Shown here piece by piece: positions 1-9,016 of a stretch of DNA of 43,909 bases. Under the pieces are notes generated by a model. It saw nothing but the letters and a program-made list of their open reading frames with translations. It made no database searches and was not told the origin of the DNA. Made by a program: the position numbers and the translations under genes. Where the stretch lies: IMG/VR virus record IMGVR_UViG_2778261176_000017; one strand, given 5' to 3'. The DNA comes from a virus. Lineage: Duplodnaviria > Heunggongvirae > Uroviricota > Caudoviricetes. Each line of letters starts with the position of its first letter. Position 1 is the stretch's first letter.

Positions 1-1236
1 CTACGATAACCGCGCATTCAACATAGCTACCTGTTCGTCGTTCATGTCATCAATCCACATACCGTAAATTTCATACACCATCTGCGCAGTTTCATGCCCC
101 ATCTGGCTGGCTATAAATGCCGGGTTCGCTCCTGCCGTCAACAGCCAGCAGGCAAAAGTATGTCGCGTATGGTACGGATTACGGCGGCGAATACCAGCAC
201 GTTTTACTGCTGCATTCCATCTCGCACCCAAACTGCTTACCGAGTAATAAGGTTTCTGTTTTCCGTTACACATCCTGGGCATGAAAACAAAATGCAGTTT
301 TTGCTTTTCGGTTCTGCCGTACTCCCGATGATAAAAAGTGATTTCGCTTTTGCGATGATGCCCGGTCAGTTTGTATTGCTCCTTCAGTGCTTCAAGAGCT
401 GGCTGTAGTAATGTTACCGTCCGGATCCCGGCATTTGTTTTTGGGGGACCGAACATATCCAGTATCGTCAGGTTTCTTCTGACATTCACAGTTCCCTTCT
501 CGAAATCCACATCCTCCCACGCCAGAGCTGCCAGTTCCCCGTGACGAAGCCCGGAGTAAACGGCAAATTTCCACAAGTTCTGGCTCTGTCCTTTTTCACT
601 TTCCATTAATGCATTGAATTCTGTTTTAGATAACGGATCTGGTTTTATTCTGTTTCGCTGTAATTTTTTTACTCCTTCAAATGGTTTGTTTGATATAAAT
701 CCCGACTGATAAGCAAAACGTAACAAAGAACAGAGCAGGGCGATATAGTTATCAACTGTGCGCACTGTTCTTCCTTTTTTGTTAGATCTTGGATTATCCA
801 GGTAAAGCGTTTCTCCATGCAACAGTTCATTCCGGTAATTTAAGATATCGCTATAACGAATATGTGATATCGGGGTACTTTCAGAAATTATTATCCTGAG
901 TGTTTTTAATTGTGATTTCGTTTTCTTCATTGTGTTTGTTGTTAACTCTGTCTCTTTAATTTTTGTCCAGATATCACAAAGCTCCCCGAATGTTTTTATG
1001 ACTCTCGTTGTCACCATTTTTGCCCCAGTGCTGGACTGGGGAAAACGTCTTAAATACTCAAATTCACCGGAGTTTATTTCATGAACTATCAGTGCTCTTA
1101 AATTTCCGGCCTTTTTAATATTACTGTTTGTAATCTCCCAGCCTTTTAATGTTTCCCGACATCGTTTTCCTCGAAACATGAACCAGATGCGAATGTTTCT
1201 ACCTCTAATCTCGACACCTGTTGGTAATTTAGACAT
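1..1236 (-). CDS. intR: Tyrosine recombinase, phage integrase (411 aa)
   Basis: ATG at 1236..1234, stop TAG at 3..1. First gene at the prophage end, adjacent to an excisionase-like ORF. Length and N-terminus (MSKLPTGVEIRGR) match recalled Rac IntR. Confidence 0.9.
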   Translation of the reverse strand: MSKLPTGVEIRGRNIRIWFMFRGKRCRETLKGWEITNSNIKKAGNLRALIVHEINSGEFEYLRRFPQSSTGAKMVTTRVIKTFGELCDIWTKIKETELTTNTMKKTKSQLKTLRIIISESTPISHIRYSDILNYRNELLHGETLYLDNPRSNKKGRTVRTVDNYIALLCSLLRFAYQSGFISNKPFEGVKKLQRNRIKPDPLSKTEFNALMESEKGQSQNLWKFAVYSGLRHGELAALAWEDVDFEKGTVNVRRNLTILDMFGPPKTNAGIRTVTLLQPALEALKEQYKLTGHHRKSEITFYHREYGRTEKQKLHFVFMPRMCNGKQKPYYSVSSLGARWNAAVKRAGIRRRNPYHTRHTFACWLLTAGANPAFIASQMGHETAQMVYEIYGMWIDDMNDEQVAMLNARLS

Positions 1237-1237
1237 A

Positions 1238-1453
1238 TCATGAGTCTTTGATAAACTGATTTATCTTTGGATAGTTGTACCAGATAATCCCTCGTTTGCT
1301 GTCTGGCTTACCTAAAGGAGATACTCGTTTGAAGTGGAAGCCCTCCACCCAACAGTTCTGGCGGTATGCTTCAATTTGTCTGGCCCCCAGACCAGTGCGA
1401 AGCATCAGGCCGTATTCAACCATCCACTCTTCATTAAAGATTACTTGTGCCAT
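1238..1453 (-). CDS. ydaQ: Excisionase-like small protein (71 aa from ATG at 1453; ORF extends to a TTG at 1477)
   Basis: Small ORF immediately upstream of int. GAGG RBS about 7 nt before ATG 1453. Sequence [15 protein letters not shown] recalled as Rac YdaQ/XisR. Confidence 0.65.
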   Translation of the reverse strand: MAQVIFNEEWMVEYGLMLRTGLGARQIEAYRQNCWVEGFHFKRVSPLGKPDSKRGIIWYNYPKINQFIKDS

Positions 1454-1552
1454 CGCATCACCTCTGGCAGGCGCCAATGTTAGACTGAAATTGACGCCTG
1501 ATGTTGATTATTAATAATCAGCTATGAAGTTTTAATTTGAATACAATGCAAT

Positions 1553-1741
1553 TCACGAGGACTGAAGTTTCTCGCAATTAAAATTTATCAGTTTTACTTT
1601 CTGCTCTCTGGAAACGCCTGCTTCTTTTTTACCTGAGAGCATTTTTTCGCATTCTGATTTCGTTAGTTTAGATTTTGAATATCTTGTCCAGTTAGTAGGA
1701 GTGCCACCTTCCTTTTCAATAGTGGCGGTAATTTTATACAT
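1553..1741 (-). CDS. ydaC: Rac YdaC-like small protein (62 aa)
   Basis: ATG at 1741 preceded by GGAGG at 6 nt spacing; start overlaps the ralR stop by 8 nt. Sequence MYKITATIEKEGG recalled as YdaC. Confidence 0.6.
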   Translation of the reverse strand: MYKITATIEKEGGTPTNWTRYSKSKLTKSECEKMLSGKKEAGVSREQKVKLINFNCEKLQSS

Positions 1742-1928
1742 GAACACCTCCATTATTATTTCCAGTGGTTCGTTTATTCCACCTTTCGAGTGCTTCTTTT
1801 TCACTTCCACCATAACCGGTTCGGGATTCGCATCCGTTACACTTCGCTCGGTAATATCCTGAAATGGCTTTCACCGTTACTGATGGACAACCACAAAATG
1901 GACATGGTTTAACATTGTCATATCTCAT
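1734..1928 (-). CDS. ralR: Restriction alleviation protein Lar / type I TA toxin RalR (64 aa; alternative ATG at 1940 gives 68 aa)
   Basis: Cys-rich small protein (CPFCGC...CNGC) matching recalled Lar/RalR, in the canonical position upstream of recT. Confidence 0.75.
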   Translation of the reverse strand: MRYDNVKPCPFCGCPSVTVKAISGYYRAKCNGCESRTGYGGSEKEALERWNKRTTGNNNGGVHV

Positions 1929-1984
1929 GATTTTTCTCATAAAAAATATTTCAAGTTGGCGGTGCATTACACCGCTAGGCTGAA

Positions 1985-2794
1985 TTATTCCTCTGAATTA
2001 TCGATTACACTGTATTCCCCGGTTAATACAGAGGAATCTGCAGGATCGATTGTCAGTGGTTCCTTTTCATCCATTGATACTGCACGCTGGATCTCAATTG
2101 ATACGGGCAGGTATTTGAACAGGCGACGAATAGCCGTTTTCTTTGCCATTTCTTCCCAGTGAGTTACCCACGGCCCGTTATTACCAGCTTTACTCTGGCT
2201 GCGCACCAGCTCAATCTGTTTGCGCGTCATAACTTCAAACTGAGTACCTCCGTCTTTCAGTCTTGCGACAGCATAGACGTGGGTAACCGGGGCATCTTCG
2301 TTTTCTCCTAGGCGGTGTATTAACTTTTCATCAAGGCCAAATTCGAAATTAAACTCGTCACCTTCACGGACAACACGGGCTGACAGGCTGGCGATTTGAC
2401 CTGAACGGCGAGCCAGATCAATCATGCCGCGATAGCCAATGATTAGCTGAACGTTTTTTTTACCGCTCTTTTCGTTTTTATTTCCAAAAGGCAGTAAATA
2501 TGCATGACCGAGGGCGCTACCGGGCTCAAGTCCGAGCTGTGAACACTGTACGATTGCACTGACAAAACTCATAGTGTCACAGTTTCCTAACGCCGGAACT
2601 TTACGAATTTCTGTGGTGGCGATACGGATCATACGTTCAGCCGTCATATGGCGTGGAAGAGCTGCTGCCAGTTGCTCTTTCATTGATGGCTGGTTAATAA
2701 AACTAATCACGTCGTTATTTTTAATTGCTGCTGGTGCACGGTTTCCCTGAGTTTTTTGCAGATCGGCTTTTGCGATTGGTGGTTGCTTAGTCAT
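1985..2794 (-). CDS. recT: Recombinase RecT, single-strand annealing protein (269 aa)
   Basis: Protein from [14 protein letters not shown] onward matches recalled Rac RecT. Start overlaps the recE stop by 8 nt. Confidence 0.9.
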   Translation of the reverse strand: MTKQPPIAKADLQKTQGNRAPAAIKNNDVISFINQPSMKEQLAAALPRHMTAERMIRIATTEIRKVPALGNCDTMSFVSAIVQCSQLGLEPGSALGHAYLLPFGNKNEKSGKKNVQLIIGYRGMIDLARRSGQIASLSARVVREGDEFNFEFGLDEKLIHRLGENEDAPVTHVYAVARLKDGGTQFEVMTRKQIELVRSQSKAGNNGPWVTHWEEMAKKTAIRRLFKYLPVSIEIQRAVSMDEKEPLTIDPADSSVLTGEYSVIDNSEE

Positions 2795-5387
2795 TTGCAT
2801 ATTCCTTAGCCCAGCGGGGCAGTGATAACGTCTTAATAGCTGGCCATTCATCGGTATTGAGGCAGTCAGCCAGGGTTCGCAGATTGCGGTGATATTCCAG
2901 CTGACCTGCCTGTTTTGCTTCTTCGCCCATCATGAAAATTTCAACCGGATAACGTCCGCATTCAATAGTTGTGCTGGCAACCAGAAAAACGAAAGTTGGC
3001 TGCACTCCAAACTGTGCTTCATAACCGTCACTGTAGAATGCATCCTGAACGTGATAGCGGTAGTCGTAATAAGCGGTTTTGAATCGTTGAATATCCGCCG
3101 TAGTTTTCACGTCCATGATCCAGTGAAATTCAGGGATAATTTTGTCCGGACGGCACCGACACAAAATTCCTGTTTCAGGATCTTCCCAGTAAATTGATGA
3201 TTCAGCGTGTCCGGCGCTTTCAACAAGCCATTGCCCCAACGGCAAAGCCATAACGCTTTGATACATGAGTTCAATTTTCCGGCCTTCTTCCGCAGTGATA
3301 ACCGTTTTTCCTGTGCTTGCGCATTCCATCAGAAACGCTTTCTCTTCTTCTTTTCCGGCGTTTGTACGGCGGTTAAATTCAGGTGCTACGATAAAGCGGT
3401 TACTGAATTCTTCCGGTTCAAGTACCCGGCAGTGGAAAGCGGTTCCTAAATCGAGCGTTTTTGTCTTTGTAGTGTCCACGGGGGCATTTTTACGCCACAA
3501 ATACAGTGCCGGAGTATCAGCAATGTCATCGAGCTGAGACTTACTGACACCGGGACCCGCGTGGTAATTCTCATTCGAAATTCCGTAATAAATACCTGGC
3601 TCTATGTCTTCTACGATTACGGGATCTGCGACTTCGCCAGTTTCATCACTGCAATCGCGATGCGGATCGCTGCCAGCATTCTCATTGTGCGGATGTTCAG
3701 CGCCTTCCATTTCCTCCGGATCTTTTTCTTTAGCTTCAATCTGATTCTCTTCACCGAATGTTTCCTGGTATGTTGCGTCGCCCATCACCGCACCACAGTC
3801 AGGGCAGCTATCCCCGCCAGTCTGACCGCAGGCATTGCAGACTTTTTCCGGTTCCTGTTGCACTACTGGCTCAGGTTGATTCATATCCGGGCTGGTTTTT
3901 TCCGTTTCTGGCTGGTTCTGGTACACACAATCGCGAGTCTGGATCCCCTTTACCCATTTCGGATCGTTCGGGTCGCTAATTCCGTCAACAAATTCACCAC
4001 GTGATGCAGCAAGCAATTTATCGGCATCGACAGGATCTTTTGATGGAATGTTTTTCCGGGCTTCATGGAGTTCTGCCCGCAGTTCCTGATATTTCGCATC
4101 AACAGAATTTACCTGTGACTGAGCATCCAGCGGCTGCGTGTCCTGATGATGTTCAGTTGCGTCCGGTTCCATTGTTTCAGCCTCTCCCTGTTCAACTGCC
4201 GTTGTTCCAGATGGTTGCGGTTTTTCTTCATCATCCTGTTTTCCTTCTTCTGTTACTCGCTGCGGCATCGGGGCAGAGGAGCGACCGCAGGCAATATCCA
4301 CGATTTCCGGATCAGGGTTGGCATGATCGGTTTCAGTCAGTACTTTGTTCAGATATTCAGTGACGTGCGCGGGGATGACCTCGATCCCAATTGGTGCTTC
4401 TTTTACGGACGCAACCACGATGGCGCGGGAATAATCCAACCCGCCAGGCATGGTGATGAATTTGTCGCGGAAAACAGAAAAGGGCGGTTTATTTTCAGCG
4501 ATAATTTCCTCAATGCGTTTAGCGTGTGCCGGATGAAGGTTATAGATGTCCAGATCCATTGAACGGGCCAGTACGCCAGTGGCTACGTCGCGCGCCAGTG
4601 ACGTCAGATCGTGTACGAAACCTTCGCCGCGATCGGTGAGGTTTCCGCCGCCAGCATTAGCACCGGAAGCCGTGCGAGTGATGTGTGAAACACGATTACC
4701 CTTCATCCACTCTTTTGTCAGCAGTCCTCGATCGGTGTAGTCAGCGTTCAGGTATGCTTCGAAAAAAGCAGTTATCAGTCCCAGGTTTGAATTACCAGGA
4801 TTAGGGAAAACTTTGTCAGTGTCACGAACCAGTTTGTGGAGTTCGCGAATTTCCAGCGGGTCGAGCAGGCTGGTTTTGTGGGAAACAGCCAGGGCAGTAA
4901 CAGCCGGTAGTTCTTCAGCCCGAGCAATGTGTAATGCCTGGAGTCCGTCGCGTGAAACGTGCGTTACCGGTTTTTCGCTGCCGTGTTGAGCAAGCCAACG
5001 AATGGGCAGTTCCTGGCCAGAAATTGGGAGTAGCATATTCTCCTCAATCTCAGTCATGTCTTCGCCGTTGACGTTGGTATTGCCTTGATAGTGAGCGTTG
5101 TCTGGTGCTGCTCCCGGTTTTAGTTCCCATGTCATGGAGTCTTTGCTGAGTTGATAGCGTTCACTCCAGGTAAAATCGATCTCACCTTCAGCGGGCAGGT
5201 CATTAACGACAGGAAAATTCGTGGCAACAGCTTTAAAATAGCTGCTCAGTTTTTTACCTGACTTAACGATCAGGTAGTCCAGAGTGGCACAGGTCGATTC
5301 AAAATCGTTGCTTGCCCACAGGACGACGTCAGGTTCACCGGATGATTTTTTCGCTTTCCGTAACAGGAAGAGTGGTTTTGTGCTCAT
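2787..5387 (-). CDS. recE: Exodeoxyribonuclease VIII, RecE (866 aa, full length)
   Basis: Uninterrupted 866-aa ORF with acidic linker and C-terminal nuclease region; length and sequence match recalled Rac RecE. Confidence 0.9.
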   Translation of the reverse strand: MSTKPLFLLRKAKKSSGEPDVVLWASNDFESTCATLDYLIVKSGKKLSSYFKAVATNFPVVNDLPAEGEIDFTWSERYQLSKDSMTWELKPGAAPDNAHYQGNTNVNGEDMTEIEENMLLPISGQELPIRWLAQHGSEKPVTHVSRDGLQALHIARAEELPAVTALAVSHKTSLLDPLEIRELHKLVRDTDKVFPNPGNSNLGLITAFFEAYLNADYTDRGLLTKEWMKGNRVSHITRTASGANAGGGNLTDRGEGFVHDLTSLARDVATGVLARSMDLDIYNLHPAHAKRIEEIIAENKPPFSVFRDKFITMPGGLDYSRAIVVASVKEAPIGIEVIPAHVTEYLNKVLTETDHANPDPEIVDIACGRSSAPMPQRVTEEGKQDDEEKPQPSGTTAVEQGEAETMEPDATEHHQDTQPLDAQSQVNSVDAKYQELRAELHEARKNIPSKDPVDADKLLAASRGEFVDGISDPNDPKWVKGIQTRDCVYQNQPETEKTSPDMNQPEPVVQQEPEKVCNACGQTGGDSCPDCGAVMGDATYQETFGEENQIEAKEKDPEEMEGAEHPHNENAGSDPHRDCSDETGEVADPVIVEDIEPGIYYGISNENYHAGPGVSKSQLDDIADTPALYLWRKNAPVDTTKTKTLDLGTAFHCRVLEPEEFSNRFIVAPEFNRRTNAGKEEEKAFLMECASTGKTVITAEEGRKIELMYQSVMALPLGQWLVESAGHAESSIYWEDPETGILCRCRPDKIIPEFHWIMDVKTTADIQRFKTAYYDYRYHVQDAFYSDGYEAQFGVQPTFVFLVASTTIECGRYPVEIFMMGEEAKQAGQLEYHRNLRTLADCLNTDEWPAIKTLSLPRWAKEYAND

Positions 5388-5488
5388 TGTTTTTTAACCT
5401 CAACTCAGATTAAAATTCGTTTTGTTCAGTGAATGATCTTGCCGGATACACACTGTTCATAGCCTGCGCCATACGCAGGCTATTTCTT

Positions 5489-5764
5489 TCAGATTTCACC
5501 TTTTAATTTCATTGCAATTAGAGTTGCCAGAAATTCGGCTTTTTTTTCTGTGGGCAGATTCTTTCCGATATGCACCAGGCACATTTTTTTGACACCTTCA
5601 TCAAGTGTTTTTACGTTGCCTGATGGACCATCGATATCAACCACAGTGAATGGGGTTTCTTTATTTTCTGTTTTAATTACGTAGCCAATGCGCTTTCCTT
5701 CCAGATTCACCTCGTGAACAATGTCATCGGTAGTTACAACAGTGGCTTCATAATTGGTAATCAT
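5489..5764 (-). CDS. racC: Rac RacC-like protein (91 aa)
   Basis: ATG at 5764. Sequence MITNYEATVVTTDDIV recalled as RacC; position upstream of recE. Confidence 0.7.
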   Translation of the reverse strand: MITNYEATVVTTDDIVHEVNLEGKRIGYVIKTENKETPFTVVDIDGPSGNVKTLDEGVKKMCLVHIGKNLPTEKKAEFLATLIAMKLKGEI

Positions 5765-5838
5765 GTTTTTCTCCTTAATTAAGGTTGAGCGAATACCTGC
5801 CATTTCTGGCATAAATTCAGTTTCGAATAGTCAATTAA

Positions 5839-6009
5839 TTAAAGTTCATGTGCCATCTGGTCTTTTTCGGCACAAGCTTCACTGCAATATTTTCTCGGTT
5901 CGTCTTTTGATAAAATCCCGTGCATGAAGTGAAGCATTCTTTCAATAGCTTTGCTTTCTTCAACGTCTTTTTTGCAAAGGTGGTAAGCACATTTTATTTT
6001 CTTAGTCAT
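5839..6009 (-). CDS. ydaE: Small Cys-containing protein YdaE-like (56 aa; not in the supplied ORF track)
   Basis: Hand translation of the minus strand gives [60 protein letters not shown] sits 8 nt upstream of ATG 6009; stop TAA at 5841..5839. Lies between racC and kilR as in Rac. Confidence 0.55.
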   Translation of the reverse strand: MTKKIKCAYHLCKKDVEESKAIERMLHFMHGILSKDEPRKYCSEACAEKDQMAHEL

Positions 6010-6230
6010 CACCATGACTCCGCCTTTACAGGTAAACCATCACGACCGAGGAAGACTTTAATCATGCGGTCAGTAATGCATGTTTTTGTGGTCAGGTTAC
6101 GAATATATAGTTTTCGCTTTTTAATATTGTTTGCCGAGGCAATATATGTCCGGCCTTCATGAAGAACATAATCGCCAGGAGTCACACACTGACGTGGTAT
6201 TTCATCAGTTCCGAAGTGATGTGCAATCAT
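6009..6230 (-). CDS. kilR: Cell-division inhibitor KilR (73 aa)
   Basis: ATG at 6230. Sequence [35 protein letters not shown] recalled as Rac KilR. Confidence 0.8.
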   Translation of the reverse strand: MIAHHFGTDEIPRQCVTPGDYVLHEGRTYIASANNIKKRKLYIRNLTTKTCITDRMIKVFLGRDGLPVKAESW

Positions 6231-6671
6231 AATTATCTCCATTTTTACAAATGAACTTTGTTGATGCGGTGCCTGGTGCCTCCAGGTGACTGCAACCAGT
6301 TAACAATTACAGTCGGCTTTCCCACCCAAACCAATAAGGACTAACATGACTTTTAACTGTGCCACGTGCGCTTAGCCGCATTCACCGCATCACAAAATTC
6401 ACTTTAAAAAGGGCGGACATCAGCCGAACTTCAAGAAAAAAACTGATGCCGCCAGGACTACACACAGCAATGTCGTTATTTACAACCGGAGGCGCACTCC
6501 CACCATTTAAATTTAACAGACAAGACCGACTCTTTATGGATATCGGAAATGCGCCTTCGTGTTGTGCCCGGTTTTATTTCACCACCTCCGGGCTTCGGTG
6601 GTCTCGGCTATACCCCTACAGCGAGAGCTTGTGTTAACATTTCAATACCCTTACAGTTGAGAGTTATTGAT

Positions 6672-7160
6672 ATGTTGGATGTATTTACTCCATTGTTGAA
6701 ACTTTTTGCTAACGAGCCACTCGAAAGACTTATGTATACGATTATCATTTTTGGTCTCACTCTCTGGCTGATACCGAAAGAGTTTACTGTCGCATTCAAT
6801 GCTTATACTGAAATACCTTGGCTCTTTCAGGTTATCGTTTTTGCCTTTTCTTTCGTGGTCGCCATTTCCTTATCAAGATTGCGAGCACGTATTCAAAAGC
6901 ATTATTCATTACTACCAGAGCAACGAGTATTGCTTCGTTTATCTGAGAAAGAAATCGCTGTATTTAAAGATTTCCTTAAAACAGGAAATCTTATTATCAC
7001 TTCTCCTTGCCGTAACCCGGTTATGAAAAAATTAGAACGGAAGGGCATCATTCAACATCAGAGTGATAGCGCAAACTGTTCTTATTATCTCGTCACCGAA
7101 AAATACTCCCATTTTATGAAGTTATTCTGGAACAGCAGGAGTAGACGTTTTAATCGTTAG
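6672..7160 (+). CDS. sieB: Superinfection exclusion protein B (162 aa, membrane protein)
   Basis: ATG at 6672 inside the longer track ORF. Hydrophobic N-terminal half; sequence MLDVFTPLLKLFANEPLERLMYTIIIFGLTLWL recalled as SieB. Confidence 0.85.
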   Translation: MLDVFTPLLKLFANEPLERLMYTIIIFGLTLWLIPKEFTVAFNAYTEIPWLFQVIVFAFSFVVAISLSRLRARIQKHYSLLPEQRVLLRLSEKEIAVFKDFLKTGNLIITSPCRNPVMKKLERKGIIQHQSDSANCSYYLVTEKYSHFMKLFWNSRSRRFNR

Positions 7161-7312
7161 CTTACTGTGTGCTTCTCCAACCATCGGCGCGCACCAGTTT
7201 CGGTTTTAAATGTTTTGCTTTTTGTATACGTCATCGCGGTGAACGTTCCATCCTGGTTGGGGAACACACCGCACACCAGGGATTCGTTGTTGCCGAGGTC
7301 GATTTTTTGCAT
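7157..7312 (-). CDS. ydaG: Small protein YdaG-like (51 aa; not in the supplied ORF track)
   Basis: Hand translation gives MQKIDLGNNESLVCGVFPNQDGTFTAMTYTKSKTFKTETGARRWLEKHTVS; ATG at 7312, stop TAA at 7159..7157. Confidence 0.55.
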   Translation of the reverse strand: MQKIDLGNNESLVCGVFPNQDGTFTAMTYTKSKTFKTETGARRWLEKHTVS

Positions 7313-7323
7313 TTTGGGAACTC

Positions 7324-7458
7324 TCACATCTTGTTGTTGCGGATAGAGGCTTCTGCTTGCCAGAGATCCCAGTCGTTGCTACGTAAAGCCTGCACAGCCT
7401 GGCTGTAAGTGATACCGCAACAATCCATCAAATACTGAACTACTTCGTAATGCACCAT
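7324..7458 (-). CDS. ydaF: Small protein YdaF-like (44 aa from ATG 7458; the ORF extends to a TTG at 7515)
   Basis: First gene downstream of the predicted leftward promoter. G-rich RBS before ATG 7458. Start is uncertain. Confidence 0.5.
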   Translation of the reverse strand: MVHYEVVQYLMDCCGITYSQAVQALRSNDWDLWQAEASIRNNKM

Positions 7459-7632
7459 CTTTTTTCCCCTTAACGCCGGGTGGCGGAACGTTTTATCTAC
7501 TGCGCTTTGTATCAATCAACAACTGCCGTCATGTTCGTATGCCTCAGGCTGGCTACTTAGCCCTGTTCAGTGGCTGGATAACTCGAGGTATTGTCCTGCC
7601 GTTCTCCGGTGGGGCGTTGTTTGGATATGCTT

Positions 7633-7674
7633 ATTAAACACAAAGGGTTTTCTCGCGTCAACACAAAGTGTGTT
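7633..7674 (-). promoter_or_regulatory. Candidate leftward early promoter (PL-like) with operator palindrome
   Basis: On the minus strand: -35 TTGACG (7661..7656), 17-nt spacer, -10 TTTAAT (7638..7633). Perfect 6-3-6 palindrome AACACAAAGTGTGTT (7660..7674) overlaps the -35; a related half-site AAACACAAA lies at 7636..7645. Confidence 0.35.
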
Positions 7675-7705
7675 TTTATGGTGGCGTGTCATATGATGAT
7701 GGTAC

Positions 7706-7730
7706 AAAAAAAGCCCGCTGATAGCGGGCT
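7706..7730 (-). terminator. Rho-independent terminator downstream of racR
   Basis: Stem AGCCCGC (7712..7718) / GCGGGCT (7724..7730) with 5-nt loop; the A-run at 7706..7712 on the top strand is a U-run following the hairpin on the minus-strand transcript. Confidence 0.6.
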
Positions 7731-7760
7731 GATTGGCATATTACTGTGATAGCAAGATCA

Positions 7761-8180
7761 TTACTCCGGTGGGGGGGTATCTTTAAGCCTGCCCCTCAAA
7801 TATTTTTCTACATACTCGTCGATTTCTTTTAGCCGGACTTCAAATAGCTCAATCATTCGTTGTTGTTCTGAGCCCGGTAGCTGGTTAAACAACTCAAGAA
7901 GTTTTCGTTGGGATTCATTTAACCACAATTCAGAAGAGTCTTTTTCCCCAAAGAGGAGCTCAGGAGGAGATATGCCCAGCGCCTTTCCCAGGACGACAGC
8001 ATCATGCACTCCAACATTTCTGCTGCCCGCCTCATAGTTACCTATACGCGATTGCGTCCATCCGCAGATTTCAGCAAGTTTTCCTTGAGATAAACCAAGC
8101 TTCTGCCTGCGCTCTTTAAGACGCATTGCAATTTTGTCATTGAGCCTACTAGCGGCAATTTTTTCGTTTTCTTTTTCCAT
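7761..8180 (-). CDS. racR: Prophage repressor, XRE-family HTH, CI-like (139 aa)
   Basis: HTH segment LGLSQGKLAEICGWTQSRIGNYEAG. Divergent from the cro-like gene with operator palindromes in the shared intergenic region. AAGGA RBS before ATG 8180. Confidence 0.8.
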   Translation of the reverse strand: MEKENEKIAASRLNDKIAMRLKERRQKLGLSQGKLAEICGWTQSRIGNYEAGSRNVGVHDAVVLGKALGISPPELLFGEKDSSELWLNESQRKLLELFNQLPGSEQQRMIELFEVRLKEIDEYVEKYLRGRLKDTPPPE

Positions 8181-8191
8181 TTCGTCCTTGT

Positions 8192-8253
8192 ATCACGAAT
8201 CGTGATTTATATAAAACACAAAATAGCTTGACCGTAAAACACAAGGTGTGTTT
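8192..8253 (+). promoter_or_regulatory. Divergent immunity promoter/operator region (PR-like for ydaS; racR promoter on the opposite strand)
   Basis: Perfect palindromes ATCACGAATCGTGAT (8192..8206) and AAACACAAGGTGTGTTT (8237..8253). Candidate -35 TTGACC (8228..8233), 17-nt spacer containing the second palindrome, then a weak -10 TTTAAA (8251..8256). GGAGG RBS before ydaS ATG 8277. Confidence 0.4.
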
Positions 8254-8276
8254 AAAATTGTCGTCGGAGGTTTTTA

Positions 8277-8519
8277 ATGAACAAAATTTCAACATATCGA
8301 AAACAACTTGGTCTGTCTCAAAGACAATTCGCTGTTCAGCTAGGGTGGATACAAAGCCGACTGGCAAATTACGAAGCAAATTTTCGTACCCCTGGGCTAG
8401 AGGAGTGCAGAAAAATTGTTTCCACCCTTAATCGGCTTGGTGCTCATTGTGGACTTGACGATGTATTCCCCCCAGACGGTAAGCATAGCGAAAACAGCAT
8501 AGGAGCGGTTGATTCATGA
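8277..8519 (+). CDS. ydaS: Cro-like HTH regulator YdaS (80 aa)
   Basis: HTH segment LGLSQRQFAVQLGWIQSRLANYEA. GGAGG RBS at 6 nt spacing. Divergent from the repressor gene. Confidence 0.8.
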   Translation: MNKISTYRKQLGLSQRQFAVQLGWIQSRLANYEANFRTPGLEECRKIVSTLNRLGAHCGLDDVFPPDGKHSENSIGAVDS

Positions 8520-8938
8520 AAATCAGGCATGAGCACATCGAATCAGTGTTGTTTGCCCTGGCAGCCGAAAAAGGGCAGGCATGGGTAGCCAATGCAATTA
8601 CTGAAGAATATCTGCGCCAGGGGGGCGGCGAATTGCCCCTGGTTCCAGGCAAGGACTGGAACAATCAGCAGAATATCTATCACCGTTGGTTGAAAGGTGA
8701 AACGAAAACGCAAAGAGAAAAAATTCAGAAGCTGATCCCAGCAATTCTGGCAATCCTTCCGCGCGAGCTGCGTCACCGACTCTGCATCTTCGATACCCTG
8801 GAACGCCGTGCATTACTGGCGGCGCAGGAAGCGTTGAGTACGGCAATTGATGCGCATGATGATGCAGTCCAGGCCGTTTACCGTAAAGCATATTTCAGCG
8901 GCGGTGGGTCGCCCGGCGATTCTGTCGTAGTGCATTGA
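8516..8938 (+). CDS. ydaT: YdaT (CII-like / toxic early protein, 140 aa)
   Basis: ATG overlaps the ydaS stop (ATGA). AGGAGCGG RBS. Sequence MKIRHEHIESVLFALAAEKGQAWVANAI recalled as Rac YdaT. Confidence 0.8.
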   Translation: MKIRHEHIESVLFALAAEKGQAWVANAITEEYLRQGGGELPLVPGKDWNNQQNIYHRWLKGETKTQREKIQKLIPAILAILPRELRHRLCIFDTLERRALLAAQEALSTAIDAHDDAVQAVYRKAYFSGGGSPGDSVVVH

Positions 8939-9016
8939 TTGAAATTAATCGTGCCGGACTGTTTTGTTCGGTATCAGTTAAATGTAACGCTTACAGCGTT
9001 ACAAGGTGAAAACAAT

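Noticed and set aside
2889-4740. Series of plus-strand ORFs (102-147 aa) inside the recE region
   Set aside because: Antisense to the continuous 866-aa RecE frame; no RBS; products are low-complexity.
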